Assembly (NCBI RefSeq): GCF_006345805.1
Contig: NW_021835162.1
Location: 1 to 42,110, forward strand
Direction of reading: 5' to 3'
DNA length: 42,110 nt
Source of the DNA: Octopus sinensis
Lineage: Eukaryota
Shown here: piece by piece, positions 1-12,164 of the stretch
Layout of the letters: every line of letters starts with the position of its first letter
Numbering within the stretch: the first letter of the stretch is position 1
Notes under the pieces: model-generated
Seen by the model: the letters and a program-made list of their open reading frames with translations, nothing else
Told to the model about the DNA's origin: nothing
The model's database searches: none
Made by a program: the position numbers and the translations under genes

Positions 1-1128
1 CGAATGAAAAAAACATCCACTCCTTCATGGCTCGGGAATACTGCTCAGACTAGTCCCCGCCTCAATCAATCATCAAAGTCACACAAACAGACTCAAAGCC
101 ACAAACATGAAAGCCCAGAGCCCCAACAAATCTGCTTACGCAAAATAATCCACTCGAAACTTAGCGAGGACGGGGTACGGGCAGCCCTCAGAGTTATCTC
201 GTTTGACAATAGACCACTCAATCCGTCTCGGTCAGTCCTCGAGGCTTTACTCTAAAAACATCCACCTTCACCCTCGGATCTACGCGTCTATCCCCACCCG
301 GCCAAACAATCGCCTTAATTTTTTCGAACGAAGATGTTTCTATCGGGATCCGATGGACTGCGCCCCGACATCTGAAGGACCTAATTTCCCACACCGTGGG
401 TGAGCTCGGCACACGTCTGCTCAAATCAATTACTTGTCTGATAAGTCTGCCGGATGCTATTCGGCATATACTCCTCTTAGCCGATCTCAAAAAATGCGGA
501 GGGATCTGCCCAATTGCGACCGGCTTTGTCTTCCATCGACTTGCAGCAAGATTGCATGCAAGAAAATTATTCCCTTCATCGCTGCAAAACTCAGCCCAGT
601 CCTGGAAGTTGCGAATCTGCAGTTCATGCTATTCCCACATTCTCAGATGCATGCAAGAAATTTCCATTTCCTAACATATTGATCAAACTAGACATCAGAA
701 ATGCTTTAAACAGTATCCAACGGAACCGAGTTTTTGAGGTTTGATCTGAGCATTGTCTTTCATTATTTGACTTAACTTTCCTGAAGTCTGGAGGGAACAA
801 GCCCTTGACTTACCTGAGGATCGAATGTCTCAACGAGCCTGGATCTAATAGAATGTATCAAACTTTCAATCTGCTACTCAAATCGTCCAACCAACATTGC
901 TGCGCTTGGCTATTTTCGGCAGCATTCCTGGCCAGTAAAGTTTGGCTTTGCGTATTCTCGAACGCATCATCCGGCACCCTTCTCGATGACGAATCGGCAA
1001 GGATTAGAATATCTCTGCGCCTTAAGTTAAAGCAATGTATCCTTTCAGATAAGTTTTTCGTGCTGCTGATTGTGGTGGAGACATCAGTTGCTCTTGGTCC
1101 AATGACGGACTTGATAAAATTAAAATGA
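1..1128 (+). mobile_element. Degenerate CRE-clade non-LTR retrotransposon fragment (RT region)
   Basis: Broken frames give GGICPIATG..HRLAA (cf. GGIRPIAVG..RRLA), KLDIRNALNSIQR (cf. KLDFxNAFNS) and later CAWL..GTLLDDESARIRISLRL, typical of CRE-type RT/RLE proteins. Many stops and frameshifts. Confidence 0.7.
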
Positions 1129-2666
1129 TTGCTGTTTTTTCGAATAAATTTGGAAAAGTCAATTTAGACGTTAATTAAGACTAATATTGTTTTAGTTAGT
1201 TACCCCGACCTCTCTAGCTTGTAGGAGGCCCGCTGTCCTCAGGCGCTCAGCAGCGAGTGCTGATCCAGGCTCGTTGAGACATTCGCTATTTTCGAAAAAG
1301 TTGGAAAAGTTTAGATTTGAATTAAAAAAGCCAATCAAAAGAATTCTTGATTACTTTGTTAAAAAACAAAGTAATCAAAAGAGTTTTGATTTGATTAAAT
1401 ACCGGCTTGCAGAAAAATTAGAGGTTATATGGTGAATTTGAAACCAGCAGCGATTATAAACTTGTTGTTGCTTGACTAATAGTTAACAGAATACGTAAAA
1501 AACTCAGTGGCATCGTCTAAGTACGATACGGAGAGGTATTGCGACAAAACTTTAACAATCGTGGATATTGTATATCTCTGAGAAATTCATCAACTTTATC
1601 GACGAAGAAAATATGGAAGGAAATACTCGTCGCCTAATAAAGAATCTGATTTTTGAAATTTGAGTTCACAGAACAACAAACCGACAGTGATTAATTAGAC
1701 TATGGTCTTTTCTTGTTGTTAACACCAGTATCTTTTACTGGATATGAAATCATTAACTTCGTTATACTATTCCTGCTGATCAAAACACTATCTATCACTC
1801 GGTAATCACTCGATAGATATCAGAACTGCAAATTTTTTAAACAAAAATAATTGGTAACTTAATTTTCTTTTGAAGATATGACTCATTTCGGATTTGTCAC
1901 TAAAAAAACATTGTTAAAATCGGTTTAATGTCAAGTTTTTATTGCATTAGTTTTCTTCTTTGAATCAGTAACGACTCTATAATAAAATATATGGGTGAAG
2001 TTGTTAAAATTTTCGTTCTTAAGTCAAATTTTAAAAATTAGAAAATAATAATTTTAAAAGTTAATAAGTTTTATATTTTGAAATCGACTTGAAACCAGCG
2101 GATCGCTTTGGCCATTGTTCGCGGCAACGCACACTGCGTCCTTGCCGCTGGCACATAACGCTTTTCTTCTATTTCTGTGTTTAGAATAAATATTTCTCTC
2201 AAAAAAAACTTGAAACATAAAGTTCAATCCATGAAGAATTATCAAATCACAACCAAGTTAACACAGAGAGACCTAAGCCCAATAAATTTTGAAAATATGG
2301 TATTGGAACCAGCACTGTATCGGATATCCAAAAAAACTCTAAAAAATATTTGGACATATATGATGCCAATTGAAACAGAAAGAAAAAACGTTTTGAAAAT
2401 AATTTAAGTTTGAAAATCTAAATAAACTCATCTGTGAATGGCTTTAGAGAGCTAGATCTTTTCACTATGTGATATCTGGACCTATTATTTAGGCGAAGGC
2501 ACGTGTGACACAGAAAATCCAGCCAGGTATTTCAGCGTGTCTTTTTGGCAATTGTATACGAAAATTGTATTGCAATTCGCTGCGCCTAAAGGTCTCATCT
2601 TTTCTTTCCCATTAAATATCTTTTTTAAAATAAGTATAGAAATTGAACAACATATTAAAATAAAAT

Positions 2667-3206
2667 TTAAAATCCAAAAGAAGTATTTTTGTGAGTAAAA
2701 AGTGGGTTGTCCCCAACGTATTCTCCGGTTGTCATCGAATCACAGTTATTAAGGAACTCAGCACTTCCCCATTGAGGAAACTGCATTCCATTGACAGGAT
2801 AACTCTGAGGGGCGTAGTAATACAAGTCTTGGTATAACCCTCCCTCGGTGTAATACTGGTAGGGATAATAATAGTTGTAGTTCATTTCGTTTGTATAATT
2901 TTCGTGCAAAAAATTAGTATTCAGGGTTAATTGAGAAGAATTAGTGTCCGCAAGTGATTGAGCGGGAACTGAGGGATTTCTGATACATTAAAACAACTCA
3001 AGTCTTACTTTTTTTCTACGTTCAAATTTGAAGGATATTGTTCTTTTAATTCTTGATTTTTAATTAATTTCTTAGAATTTAAATATAACGTGGAATACTT
3101 TATTTTTTCTTGGTTTTTTAGGACCATTTCTTTTCTCGTAAAAGTATACTTTTACTAAATTTTTAGAGTTTATATAAATTGGATTTGTTCTGGAAATTTC
3201 AGACAT
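2667..3206 (-). CDS. Putative small multi-exon gene with Tyr/Asn-rich C-terminal exon, function unknown
   Basis: ORF 2909-2667 extends upstream to a plausible 29-nt intron (gtaagacttgagttgttttaatgtatcag); ATG at 3206. No recognisable homology, and joining the frames needs an indel. Confidence 0.25.
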
Positions 3207-3401
3207 TGTGGCAGGTTAAGTGCACGTTATTTATATAACAAAACGAGATGTAAGGAAGTAAATAAATTTAATTCCTTCCAACGTTTAGGTTTCCCAAAGA
3301 ATTGATACTCAATAATTTAATTACGTAAAAATTTGAATTTATAATTAATGTAAATATAAAAATTTGTCAAAATTATTTTTAATGAAAACAATTAAAAAAA
3401 T

Positions 3402-3656
3402 CTAGCTATTAAATACCGGCTCGCAGGATTGAAAGACAATTTCCACGTGAAACAGCCAGCGAGATCCTCTGAATAAGGAATATAAATTCCCTGAAATCTC
3501 TGAAGCGATGGGTGCACAGACGGCCAAGTTTCTTAAGATGAGCAAGCGTCTTGGGCCCAAAACACAGGAAGTCTCGACAGCAATTGCCCAAAAGTAAGAT
3601 CGATCGTGCAAATCCTCGTATTTTGTCAATTTTATGGATTCGGCCTTTCCGGCCAT
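3402..3656 (-). mobile_element. CRE-clade LINE 3' fragment (end of restriction-like endonuclease domain)
   Basis: KYEDL..FWAIAVETS.VLGP followed by FLIQRISLAVSRGN, the same motif series as the ORF at 33348-33728. Confidence 0.8.
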
Positions 3657-4129
3657 TACAGCTATATCCGTATAATGGGTATTTTCTATAACGTATTAAA
3701 ATTTCATCGCCACTTTCAACTCCATAATCTTTCCATTTTCTTGCTTTTCTATCTTTTCCATCTTTCTATTTTGCAATATTTGCGAGGGCAGTTTTTCTTT
3801 TTTGCACAACTTAATAGCCTAATCTAAATAGACAAATACACTATATCGATGAATTTTAATTTTAGTTCATTGTCTTCGATATAAAAGAAACGGAATTTTG
3901 AGTCATTTTTTGGTGTAAGTATCGTTCTCTTTAAAACTAAATTTTTTTGATATATCACTGTATTCTTGCCTTCTCTTCCGAAATTATAGAATTAGAAAAG
4001 TGACCTGATTCACAATATTCCTTAATTTTTCCAATGGTGTCATGATTTAGTTAACTAAACCAATCATTAATTGTAATCCTTTAAACTTTTTAGAGCTTTT
4101 TATTGATTAGTTTTTATTTTGTTAGATCC

Positions 4130-4400
4130 ATCGGTCAGGGTTCCATTGAGGTGTCCCCAATGTTGTTTCAAATGGCCTAGAGTACTTGTCTTTTACCCTG
4201 ACCGATAGATAGGTTTCTGATAAGCATGCCCTGATCATCCAGGTAGAGGATTGTCCAGGAATTCTGTAAAGACATTCATCAATTTTTGACGATTGATCAA
4301 GTTAAGAACTCTTGACATATCGATTCTGAGATTTTTTGTCGCATTTTTGAACCTTTAAATAGTAGAACATCGCCACGTCGTAGAAGAAGAGTGCTTATCA
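4130..4400 (-). mobile_element. Non-LTR reverse transcriptase fragment
   Basis: Minus strand reads IDMSR..LINRQKLMNV and SVRVKDKYSRPFETTLGTPQ (RT motifs D..AFD and G.PQG), similar in type to the fragment at 30095-30400. Confidence 0.55.
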
Positions 4401-5029
4401 CTGTTCACGAAGATTTCTATCTGCCAGAAGACGATAAAAAACATTTTAAAACGCGTATATATTTCGAGACTGTAAAAGCTTAATTGACTTTGTTTTTGAC
4501 ATTTTTTGTTTTTTATGTAAATTTTGAAATCTTATTGGTTTTTAAAATTAGGGCTTTGTAAAAGTTAGGGCTCAATAGGCGTTTTTGAGTTAGGGTTGGC
4601 TTTTAAAAATAAGGTTTAGTAAACATTCAGGTTTTGTTTGGTTGGGTTCGGTAAAAATTAACGTTATCTTAGGACTTCTGTTGGATAATTTTAATTTGTA
4701 GTTTTTTCATAAAAGTGATTTTTCTAATTAAAACTGAGTATTTTAATTGGAAAACCTTTAAAAGTAATAAAAACAATAACAAATCAATGGTTTTTCAAAT
4801 TTTAAATTAGACTGGTTTTGTTCTTTGTCTAATTTTTCTAAAAGTCACAAAAACCATCCAGGAAGACACTGAACATGTTTAAAATCGGCATAGTTCAATT
4901 TTTTAAATTTTCGATCTTATATTCATAAAAATTTTCATTAATTCATTTAGAGGCTATTTTCGTGCAGGATGAAATGCAAAAGTACCAAAAAGTCTAATTT
5001 CCACCACATCGAATGTTGATATGAATTCT

Positions 5030-5405
5030 TACAAGGACAAAATAACAGGATTGTAACAACAATTTGACACACGTTTTGAATTTTTTCGTGAACTTGAAAA
5101 TGAATTTACTGTTTTTCGATGACCATTCACTGCAAATATTTCTGATCTTGCAACTAACTTACAATCGGTTATGATTGATTTGAAATACGACTCAGATCTG
5201 AAAAATAAAATTACCATGATAAGCTTAGACTGCTTTTATAAATATTTCTTGCTGAAGTATCCCAACTTTACAGTTTTGAGAGTTTATCAAGCTTTGGAAG
5301 TACATATTTATGTGAACAACTTTTTTCTTCAATGAACATAAACAAAGCAAGTTTTCGATCGAGGCTCACCCACACTCATCTAAGGGAGATTCTAAGATTG
5401 ACTTC
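5030..5405 (+). mobile_element. hAT (Charlie/SPIN, GTF2IRD2-like) transposase C-terminal fragment
   Basis: PF.AN..DL..NLQ..MIDL and FGSTYLCEQLFSSMNINK..RSRLT..HL, matching the end of the hAT ORF at 34069-35520 (FGTTYQCEQTFSRMKYVKS..RARLTD.HL). Confidence 0.75.
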
Positions 5406-5778
5406 AATGCCATTCTACATGGTCTTGATGGACATGTCCAAACCGTGTGAGTTGGTCAAGTATGCAATGCGGGGGGAGTGTGGTGGGGGCACTCAGTCGG
5501 GTGGGGCCCACCATGGTCAAGCTAATTAAATATAATTATTAGTATTAATTAAGTATTTTAAAGATTCTCTTTTCCATAATTATCTGCTGAAAATGGGTAG
5601 GTCACGTGTACTAACAATTTTCAAACGCAGCCATTGGGCAGAGCCTTTCAACCCAATCTTATTATAATTTTACTAATAAGTGACAATATTTTAGTATTTC
5701 TTTTATATTTAATGGTCTATTTTTTTTCTTCAGTATTTAAAAAAACTAATTAAACATTGATCTTGGAATTAAGCCTAT

Positions 5779-6657
5779 TTATGTTCAATTTTCTTGATTT
5801 TATACTATTCGGGGAATAATCAACGATGGAAATATTAATAAATATTACTGGCTTGTAAAATATCAAGGATACTGCTGGGATTTAAACGTTTTTAAATAAT
5901 TAATGAAATTCTTGCCTATAGAACATAGATTAGGACTGTTGTCCCTACTCCATCATTAAGGTTGTAATTTGCATATAGCGTTAAAAATATATTATTCTAC
6001 TCTAAAGACAGTCAAAATTAATGACAGAACTGCATAAGCCCTACCTCCAAAAATTGTACTGTATAATGGACTTGATGTAATTAGGAGTGCAAAAACTAAC
6101 AAAAATGAGACTGGGCTTTATAAATATCTACTGCAGAGGTAGTATAGACATACAGATATGTGCCACAACACAGAAATTTCTGAGTACTGTTCACATAATA
6201 GGAATTGATCTCTTCTGAGCGTAACCGTGCCACTAATCATTAAGCAATTATGTTTAAAATAAGCCGCGGCTCCTTTCAAGGTAGACAACGCACAATCCTG
6301 CCACTATTCATACAAAATGACCTGAAAATGCTGAAATCCTATCAAAAAAGACTGCCGACCTCCGACAGATCGCAACCTCAGGAGATTTACTACAAAACCA
6401 TCCAAGTACCTGGTTACGAATAGGCAACTTTCCCACAGCGATGTATGTAATAAAAAGTTCGATCGAGTCTAAAATTAGTCAAAATTGACCACGATAATAG
6501 ACACTACTGTCGATGCCACGTTCACATTCTTTTTTTCCGTAATAATCTCACTGGTGAAATCTCCAGGATACACAGTCAGCAACGCAAGAATCTCGAAAAC
6601 ACAACTAATTATTAGAGAAAACACAACTCCCAGACAAAAGAGAACAACGGAAAACAT
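5779..6657 (-). CDS. Putative multi-exon membrane protein (possibly PMP22/claudin-like), immediately downstream of UQCRC2
   Basis: Hydrophobic N-terminus (MFSVVLFCLGVVFSLIISCVFEILALL), a short GT-AG intron, then HTSLWESC (reminiscent of the claudin GLWxxC motif) and a later hydrophobic segment LLVFALLITSSPLYSTIFGGRAYAVLSLILTVF. Exon structure unresolved. Confidence 0.3.
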
Positions 6658-6740
6658 TGCCTAACTTATTTCTAAGACAATAAATAAAACATAAGTTGAT
6701 AATCTAAAAGTGAACTGTTATTAGTAAGAATTGGTGTTAG

Positions 6741-8360
6741 TTAGACACGCAACTCGTCGAGGTAGGGAACTCGGTCAATACCGCCCACTGCTGACATGGC
6801 AAACACCCTCTCTCGTGTGCTCAAAAACTAAACTGACTGACTCATCCAATACTTTCTGAAATGTAGAAAATGCTACATTGTCAATTTGCCTCCAGACTTG
6901 CCCCAATTCACTGATCGGCAAACCAAGACCTACCAAAGGAAAAACCCGCTCAAATTTCCCGCCAAAAACAGTTTCCTCTCTTGCCAAACAACTCTTAAAT
7001 TGTCTCCTACACATCGGACATTAATCTCTAACTTGGCAACTGCAAATTCCTCCTCAGTGACATGTCCGTCGAGAACAGAAATAAACTCCTTATGTGCCCT
7101 CATGACCAACTGTCCATAATAACAGGAATACTAACATTATTCATATCTTCTGCCCCTCCACTCACAATATATCCCAACATCCCTGCATCCGAATACGAAA
7201 AGCTCACACCTTTGCACTACTCAGAGTTATCTACCCAAACAAACCAGGAAAGGCCGACTCGACTGACTCATCAAATATTCAAGTCTGGAAGTAGTCGAAG
7301 ACCCGACAACTCCGACTTGTCCACCGAGGATAAATCTGAACAGTCCAGCACACCAAAAGTCATCCCCCACACCCAAACTGCCAGTCACCCACCACAACTA
7401 ACCTCACACCAGGAATGGCCACAATTGCATGACCAATCGGACTGCAAGAGGGGACCCTTACCTCAGCTTCAATACTGATTATAAATATATCAACAATTAT
7501 GAAATGAACTCTTCTCCGCCTTGATTCCTTTACTTGTCCGAATATCAAGCAGTCGGGCAAACCGTTCCACGTCGTCTGAACTGACACCACACCCAATCAC
7601 CGACATATTCTCGGCTATGAAATGCTGAGACACAAATTGTTGGATCTATCCTCTACTGAGGAGATATTACGTTGGGGGATGTGAGGTTGTGGGTCATATA
7701 CGGAGAGGAGTGGACTGAATTGCCCAAATTCCGATGGAAGGCAGCCTCGTGAATCTTTTCAACACAAACAAGCCGGTCGTTGGAATTGGCGATGGAAATG
7801 TCCCTCAGAAGAGGAGTGATCATATCCGACACTTCCCACCGCTTAAAAACGGGGTGGACAGCAGCGAGGGCAAGGTAGGGGGCCATTTGATCACTATTGA
7901 CTCAACACAGTATTCATACAGCACATCCCTCGTGCAGTCCACATAGTAGTACATTGACTCACGTGAGACCACACAACTTGGAAATAACACGACTGATTAA
8001 CCCGAGTGAGGCTCCTCTTTGCTGGACTGATCGAATAAAGTTGAATCCTGTGCAATCCACTTTGCTCTACGCTCACAAATGTGTCAAACTTGGTCAATCA
8101 TGAGTCGAAGAATGTCGCAGATGCCTCGCTGAGTGGTCGACTCGTAGCGTGGGCCAGTTTGGTAGCAAATGGCGAGTCTGGCCATTGGGGATTGGTCGTC
8201 CCGTGAGGCTACTTTTATTCCATTTTTTAAAGTGAAGGACTATTTTCGGTTATTTGTTAATCACCTTCCACGGCTCTGTTTTTAGTGTTGAGGGTGATTG
8301 TTTTATGTTTGGCAAAGATGAAAGACTCCTTCTCTGTTTTGTGTTAGCAAATGACAACAT
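6741..8360 (-). CDS. UQCRC2: Cytochrome b-c1 complex core protein 2 (M16 peptidase family), 12 exons
   Basis: Removing 11 GT-AG introns (25,23,25,26,25,28,25,28,26,26,25 nt) gives an open 446-codon frame containing TLKNGIKVAS..GPRYE, PVFKRWEV, EKIHEAAF, SYSDAGMLG and the C-terminal VPYLDEL, colinear with human UQCRC2. Confidence 0.9.
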
Positions 8361-9408
8361 AAACCATATGACAAAACTAGAATTGATTTAAATAAATTTT
8401 TAACAATTATATTAATAGCAGTTCCTCAAAAATTATTATATAATATATCTCAGAATTGTTGCAGTCGAAAACCTTGTAGTTGAAATCAGTCTGCTTATAC
8501 GCAGTCGCGTGGTTGTAGGCCTTTGGCGTGCTCAGACTATTTCTTTACCCTAAATAATATCTCAACATGAATTGTGTGCTGGAATAGAGCAATTGTAGAT
8601 ATTTGAGTAAAGCAAGTAGTTATTTCTCTGTTTTATCATTCTTCAGAATTTGAAATTATTCTAACTAACCGGGCAGATGTAATGACTACGTGTTTTTAAT
8701 GACTATTTATGCTGTTTATTGTAGAGTAATGTTCTAGCAGTATTTTGTGAGTGCTGAGTTATATGCATCGGAGTTCTGTTTTTCGTGTTTTGAACAGAGA
8801 GATGTCGTATTAGTATGTCTAAAGTTGAAAAGCGTAGGCCGGACGTAATCTTGGGGCTGTAAAGCATATTTAGTAATCATAACTAATGTTAGATGTATGC
8901 CTACTCAAACACGTCCATTCCTAGTTCTTAATACTATTCAACAGACATGTAAAACAAACATAGTTGTAGTTCTAAATAGAGACTGTAGAGGAAAATATAA
9001 AATACGTGGAGGACTGAATTGAACATTTTGTTTTTTGGCCGGTCTTTGTATTAAATCTTGCCAGTTGTCCATTAATCTCTCAATAAATGTTATCAAAAAT
9101 GTTTATGTTACAATAAAAATGCGTGGGCTAGAAATCAAAAGTCGTACCCCAAAAGTCAAAAAGTGGGCCTATTGTAGTGAATCTGACAATACCTAAAAAA
9201 TAAAAAAATCAATTCTTAGAATATAATAAATAACCATTCGTGACATTGCTAATGATTTTTGTCAAAAAGTCAAAAACATAAATGTAAAAAAGAGACTTTC
9301 AAAAACAATAAATATAATTTAAAGTATCTTTACTTCTACTTAAAGGGAGCAAATTCGCAAAAGAAAGCCAAACCACATGAACCACAAAAATAATCAAAAC
9401 AGGAAAGC

Positions 9409-10216
9409 TTAAACGTCGTCTGTCGAGGAATCCTCCTCCGAGTCCTGTTCCTTTCGTCCTTGGAATATATCACTCAAAAAACACCCCAAAGATCCAAATT
9501 GTCCTTCATCAACTTAAGAATATTGGTAGCATCGTTGTTAGTGTTGTCCCAATCCTCGTCATAGTTCGCGTAGGCCTCCGCAAATGCCTCACTGGCCACC
9601 TGAATTGCCTTCTTGGGGTCATTCATGATCTCGTAGTAAAACACAGACAAGTTCAGAATCAGACCCAGTCTGACAATATTCTCAGGAGGCAAATCCTTCG
9701 ACAGAGTTTCTGCCCGGGAATATGCCTCTTTGCTGGCCTGGAGAAACTCCTCACTCGAAGGGACCACTTCAGCCACATATCGGTTATAGTCGCCTTTCCT
9801 GCAATATTACTGCACAATTCACATTTTATAGGCAAAGACTTGGACTTCCACCGAAGGAGACAGTTCTAATAGTCTATCGGCGTATTTGCAGGCCAGGTCT
9901 TTGGTCTCCATAATTTTCTCGACACAGAGAGCTCTGACCTCGGCAATAACCCTTGCCGCATTGTTGTCGGAGTACTCCTCCCTTACCACAATGACGTCCA
10001 ATGTGCGCACTGCGTTCCTGTATTGGGAAATTTTGTTTTTGCAGCAGGAGGAAAGGCAGCTTCGAACACTCTCGGAAACGTCAGTTAAAGTAGTGTCAGA
10101 AAGGAATTGTTCCAGTAATTCACAAGTATCTAAAAGTCGAGATAAACTTGCTGACCATTTGTACGGAAAACTTGGTCTGTGACAAAAATTCCCAATTCGA
10201 GATTGCTCCACATCAT
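9409..10216 (-). CDS. Divergent 14-3-3 protein, 4 exons
   Basis: Introns of 26, 24 and 26 nt give 244 codons containing KMKGDYNRYVAE, RLGLILNLSVFYYEI, ILKLMKDNLDLW and an acidic tail (RKEQDSEEDSSTDDV). Confidence 0.92.
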
Positions 10217-10607
10217 CTCTCTCCTTTTTGATATTTTATTATATTTAATATTTTTATAACAAGTTAATTTTCATGAAGTATTACTAAAAATCTATAATTT
10301 TAAATGTTAATAATAAACCCATATCTCACTAATTTATATCCCCAAAAATGCATAAAAATTAAATAACAGTTATCTTGGTTTATTATAGTGATATAAGAAA
10401 ATTGGTGTCTTTTTGTAAAGTCAAAAATAGCCCATAACGAGTCCAGTAACCAAGTATTATTACTTCACAAAACTCACAAATGAATATTCGCTTTTTCCGA
10501 CTGAGAGAAATAAGAGTTGTCTCGGAATGAAGTAAAAATCAGCATCGCAACATTCCATAAATACTAATATAATGTCTGCTCTTATTTTTAAAATAAATAT
10601 AATTATA

Positions 10608-11319
10608 ATGAACGTGGCTCCAGGTGCTGTATGCTTCCCAGGTTTCGTTTTTAAAGATTAGTCGAATAAGGGGAGGAACTGTCCTTCAAAAATACTCACC
10701 AATCCTCTGCAGGGACCTACGAATTCTTCAACTCAATCCACGCCTCCTTACACGGGACAGTCCAAGTCACCACAGAGAAAGTAAAACACAATTTAACACA
10801 AAGTCAATTTCTGTCTCCCCTTTGACTAAAAAGGCAATAATTCCTTCGGTTGATGACACTGTTCTTGTCCTAATCACCCACGTTTCTGTCAGATTCTGCA
10901 AATGTAGCATCCTCTGTGTGAACTACGAGAAAATGAACTATCCGCGAAAAGGACTTTTAAGGTAGGATGTTCTTTGTGGTAAAATTCAGAAAAGAGGACG
11001 TCCGGGCCACGGAAAAGGACAAAGTTGATTTGTATGCGTCCTTCCGCTGTGGAGACTATGTTTTGGCCAAAATAGTATTTTGAATATTTTTGATTTGTAG
11101 TTAGCAATTGGGGAGACGATGGCCTTTCTGTTGACAACGCAGGAGGATGAGTTGGGGGTTATTTATGCTGATTGTGACCCCCCGATCCCCTCGGCGATGA
11201 TTCCTATCAGTTGGATGGAGATGCAGTGTCCGGTCACTTTTGAAAAGCAGAAGAGGAAGGTGGCTATGACGAACGGACAGGTCATTGAAAAGTGGTTTTC
11301 TTCATTTGCGACTTTTTGA
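10608..11319 (+). CDS. EXOSC1: Exosome complex component CSL4, 5 exons
   Basis: Introns of 29, 23, 28 and 26 nt give 202 codons containing CFPGEEL, RKEDVRATEKDKV, FRCGD.VLAK, LLTT.EDELGV and PISW.EMQCP..RKVA. Confidence 0.93.
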
Positions 11320-12054
11320 TTTTTCATTTTCTTATCTTGTATACATGATTGGCCCAACTAAAACTGACCATCTGTCTTTCTAATTCTATCAGGTGGGCCG
11401 ATAGGATTCAAAGCATATTTAGTTTGTCGTTTGGTTGAGTAACTGCACAAATATATCGGCCATGTCCGTTTGTAGAGCTCGCAGTGTTGTCTGATCTAGT
11501 TTAGCGATTTTTTGAAAGTTGAAGGTTCATTGTTGAGTCCGATAATATCACCATTTTTCAAAATAAATGGATAAAAAAAACTTTTATTAGCAATAGGTCA
11601 CAGAGACTGTTGTTCCTGGTAGTCGTGCTATAGTTTACTAAAAAAGACAAATCAAATAGATTCAATTAAGTGATTCTGACTTTGCTGCTTGTTCGACTTT
11701 TTTGAATTTGTTTCTAAGAGGCAGAGAACATTCAGAAATAAAAGTGTCATCGAACAATCTCGACAAGCACCATAAACCTTCCATTGGGTATAGAACATTT
11801 TGTATATCCTTGTTGTCACGGGGGAAATGATGGATAGTGGCCTCTGACGTATGAACAGATATAGCAAATATGCTCACATGGTTTAGAAATATTCGTCAAT
11901 CCGTAATTATAAAGTATTCTTTGAAATTATTGATCACAAGGCAGTGATAAAAGTTAATTAAGTCTCCTGGTAACTCTGCGTGAACAAAAAGGTTTTGAAA
12001 ACAATAATTAATATTAAAGAACAAAGTTAGATGCTAGTTAGAGTAAGTGGCTGA

Positions 12055-12145
12055 AAAGGTAGTCGAGAGGCTAAGGGTCAGCTCAACAACGCCGCGCTGC
12101 CCATTGAGTGAGTTTCCGCGGAGCACGGCGACCGAGATTCGCTGG
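12055..12145 (-). mobile_element. CRE-clade LINE 3' fragment
   Basis: QRISVAVLRGN; nucleotide sequence nearly identical to 33400-33435. Confidence 0.75.
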
Positions 12146-12164
12146 GGTAAAGTTTAGGATTTTG

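Noticed and set aside
5470-5510. G-rich run as a G-quadruplex or telomere-like element
   Set aside because: Single irregular occurrence at a TE junction, with no periodicity.
7062-7478. Plus-strand ORFs 6886-7478 and similar ORFs opposite 14-3-3, RPSA and PLAA
   Set aside because: Antisense shadows of identified genes, with no independent support.
8430-9072. Possible small minus-strand gene between 14-3-3 and UQCRC2 (ATG ~9072)
   Set aside because: I could not build a consistent spliced frame or recognise any homology; needs RNA-seq.
11350-12000. Coding-like minus-strand segment after EXOSC1
   Set aside because: Multiple stops and frameshifts and no identifiable motif; probably a decayed TE.
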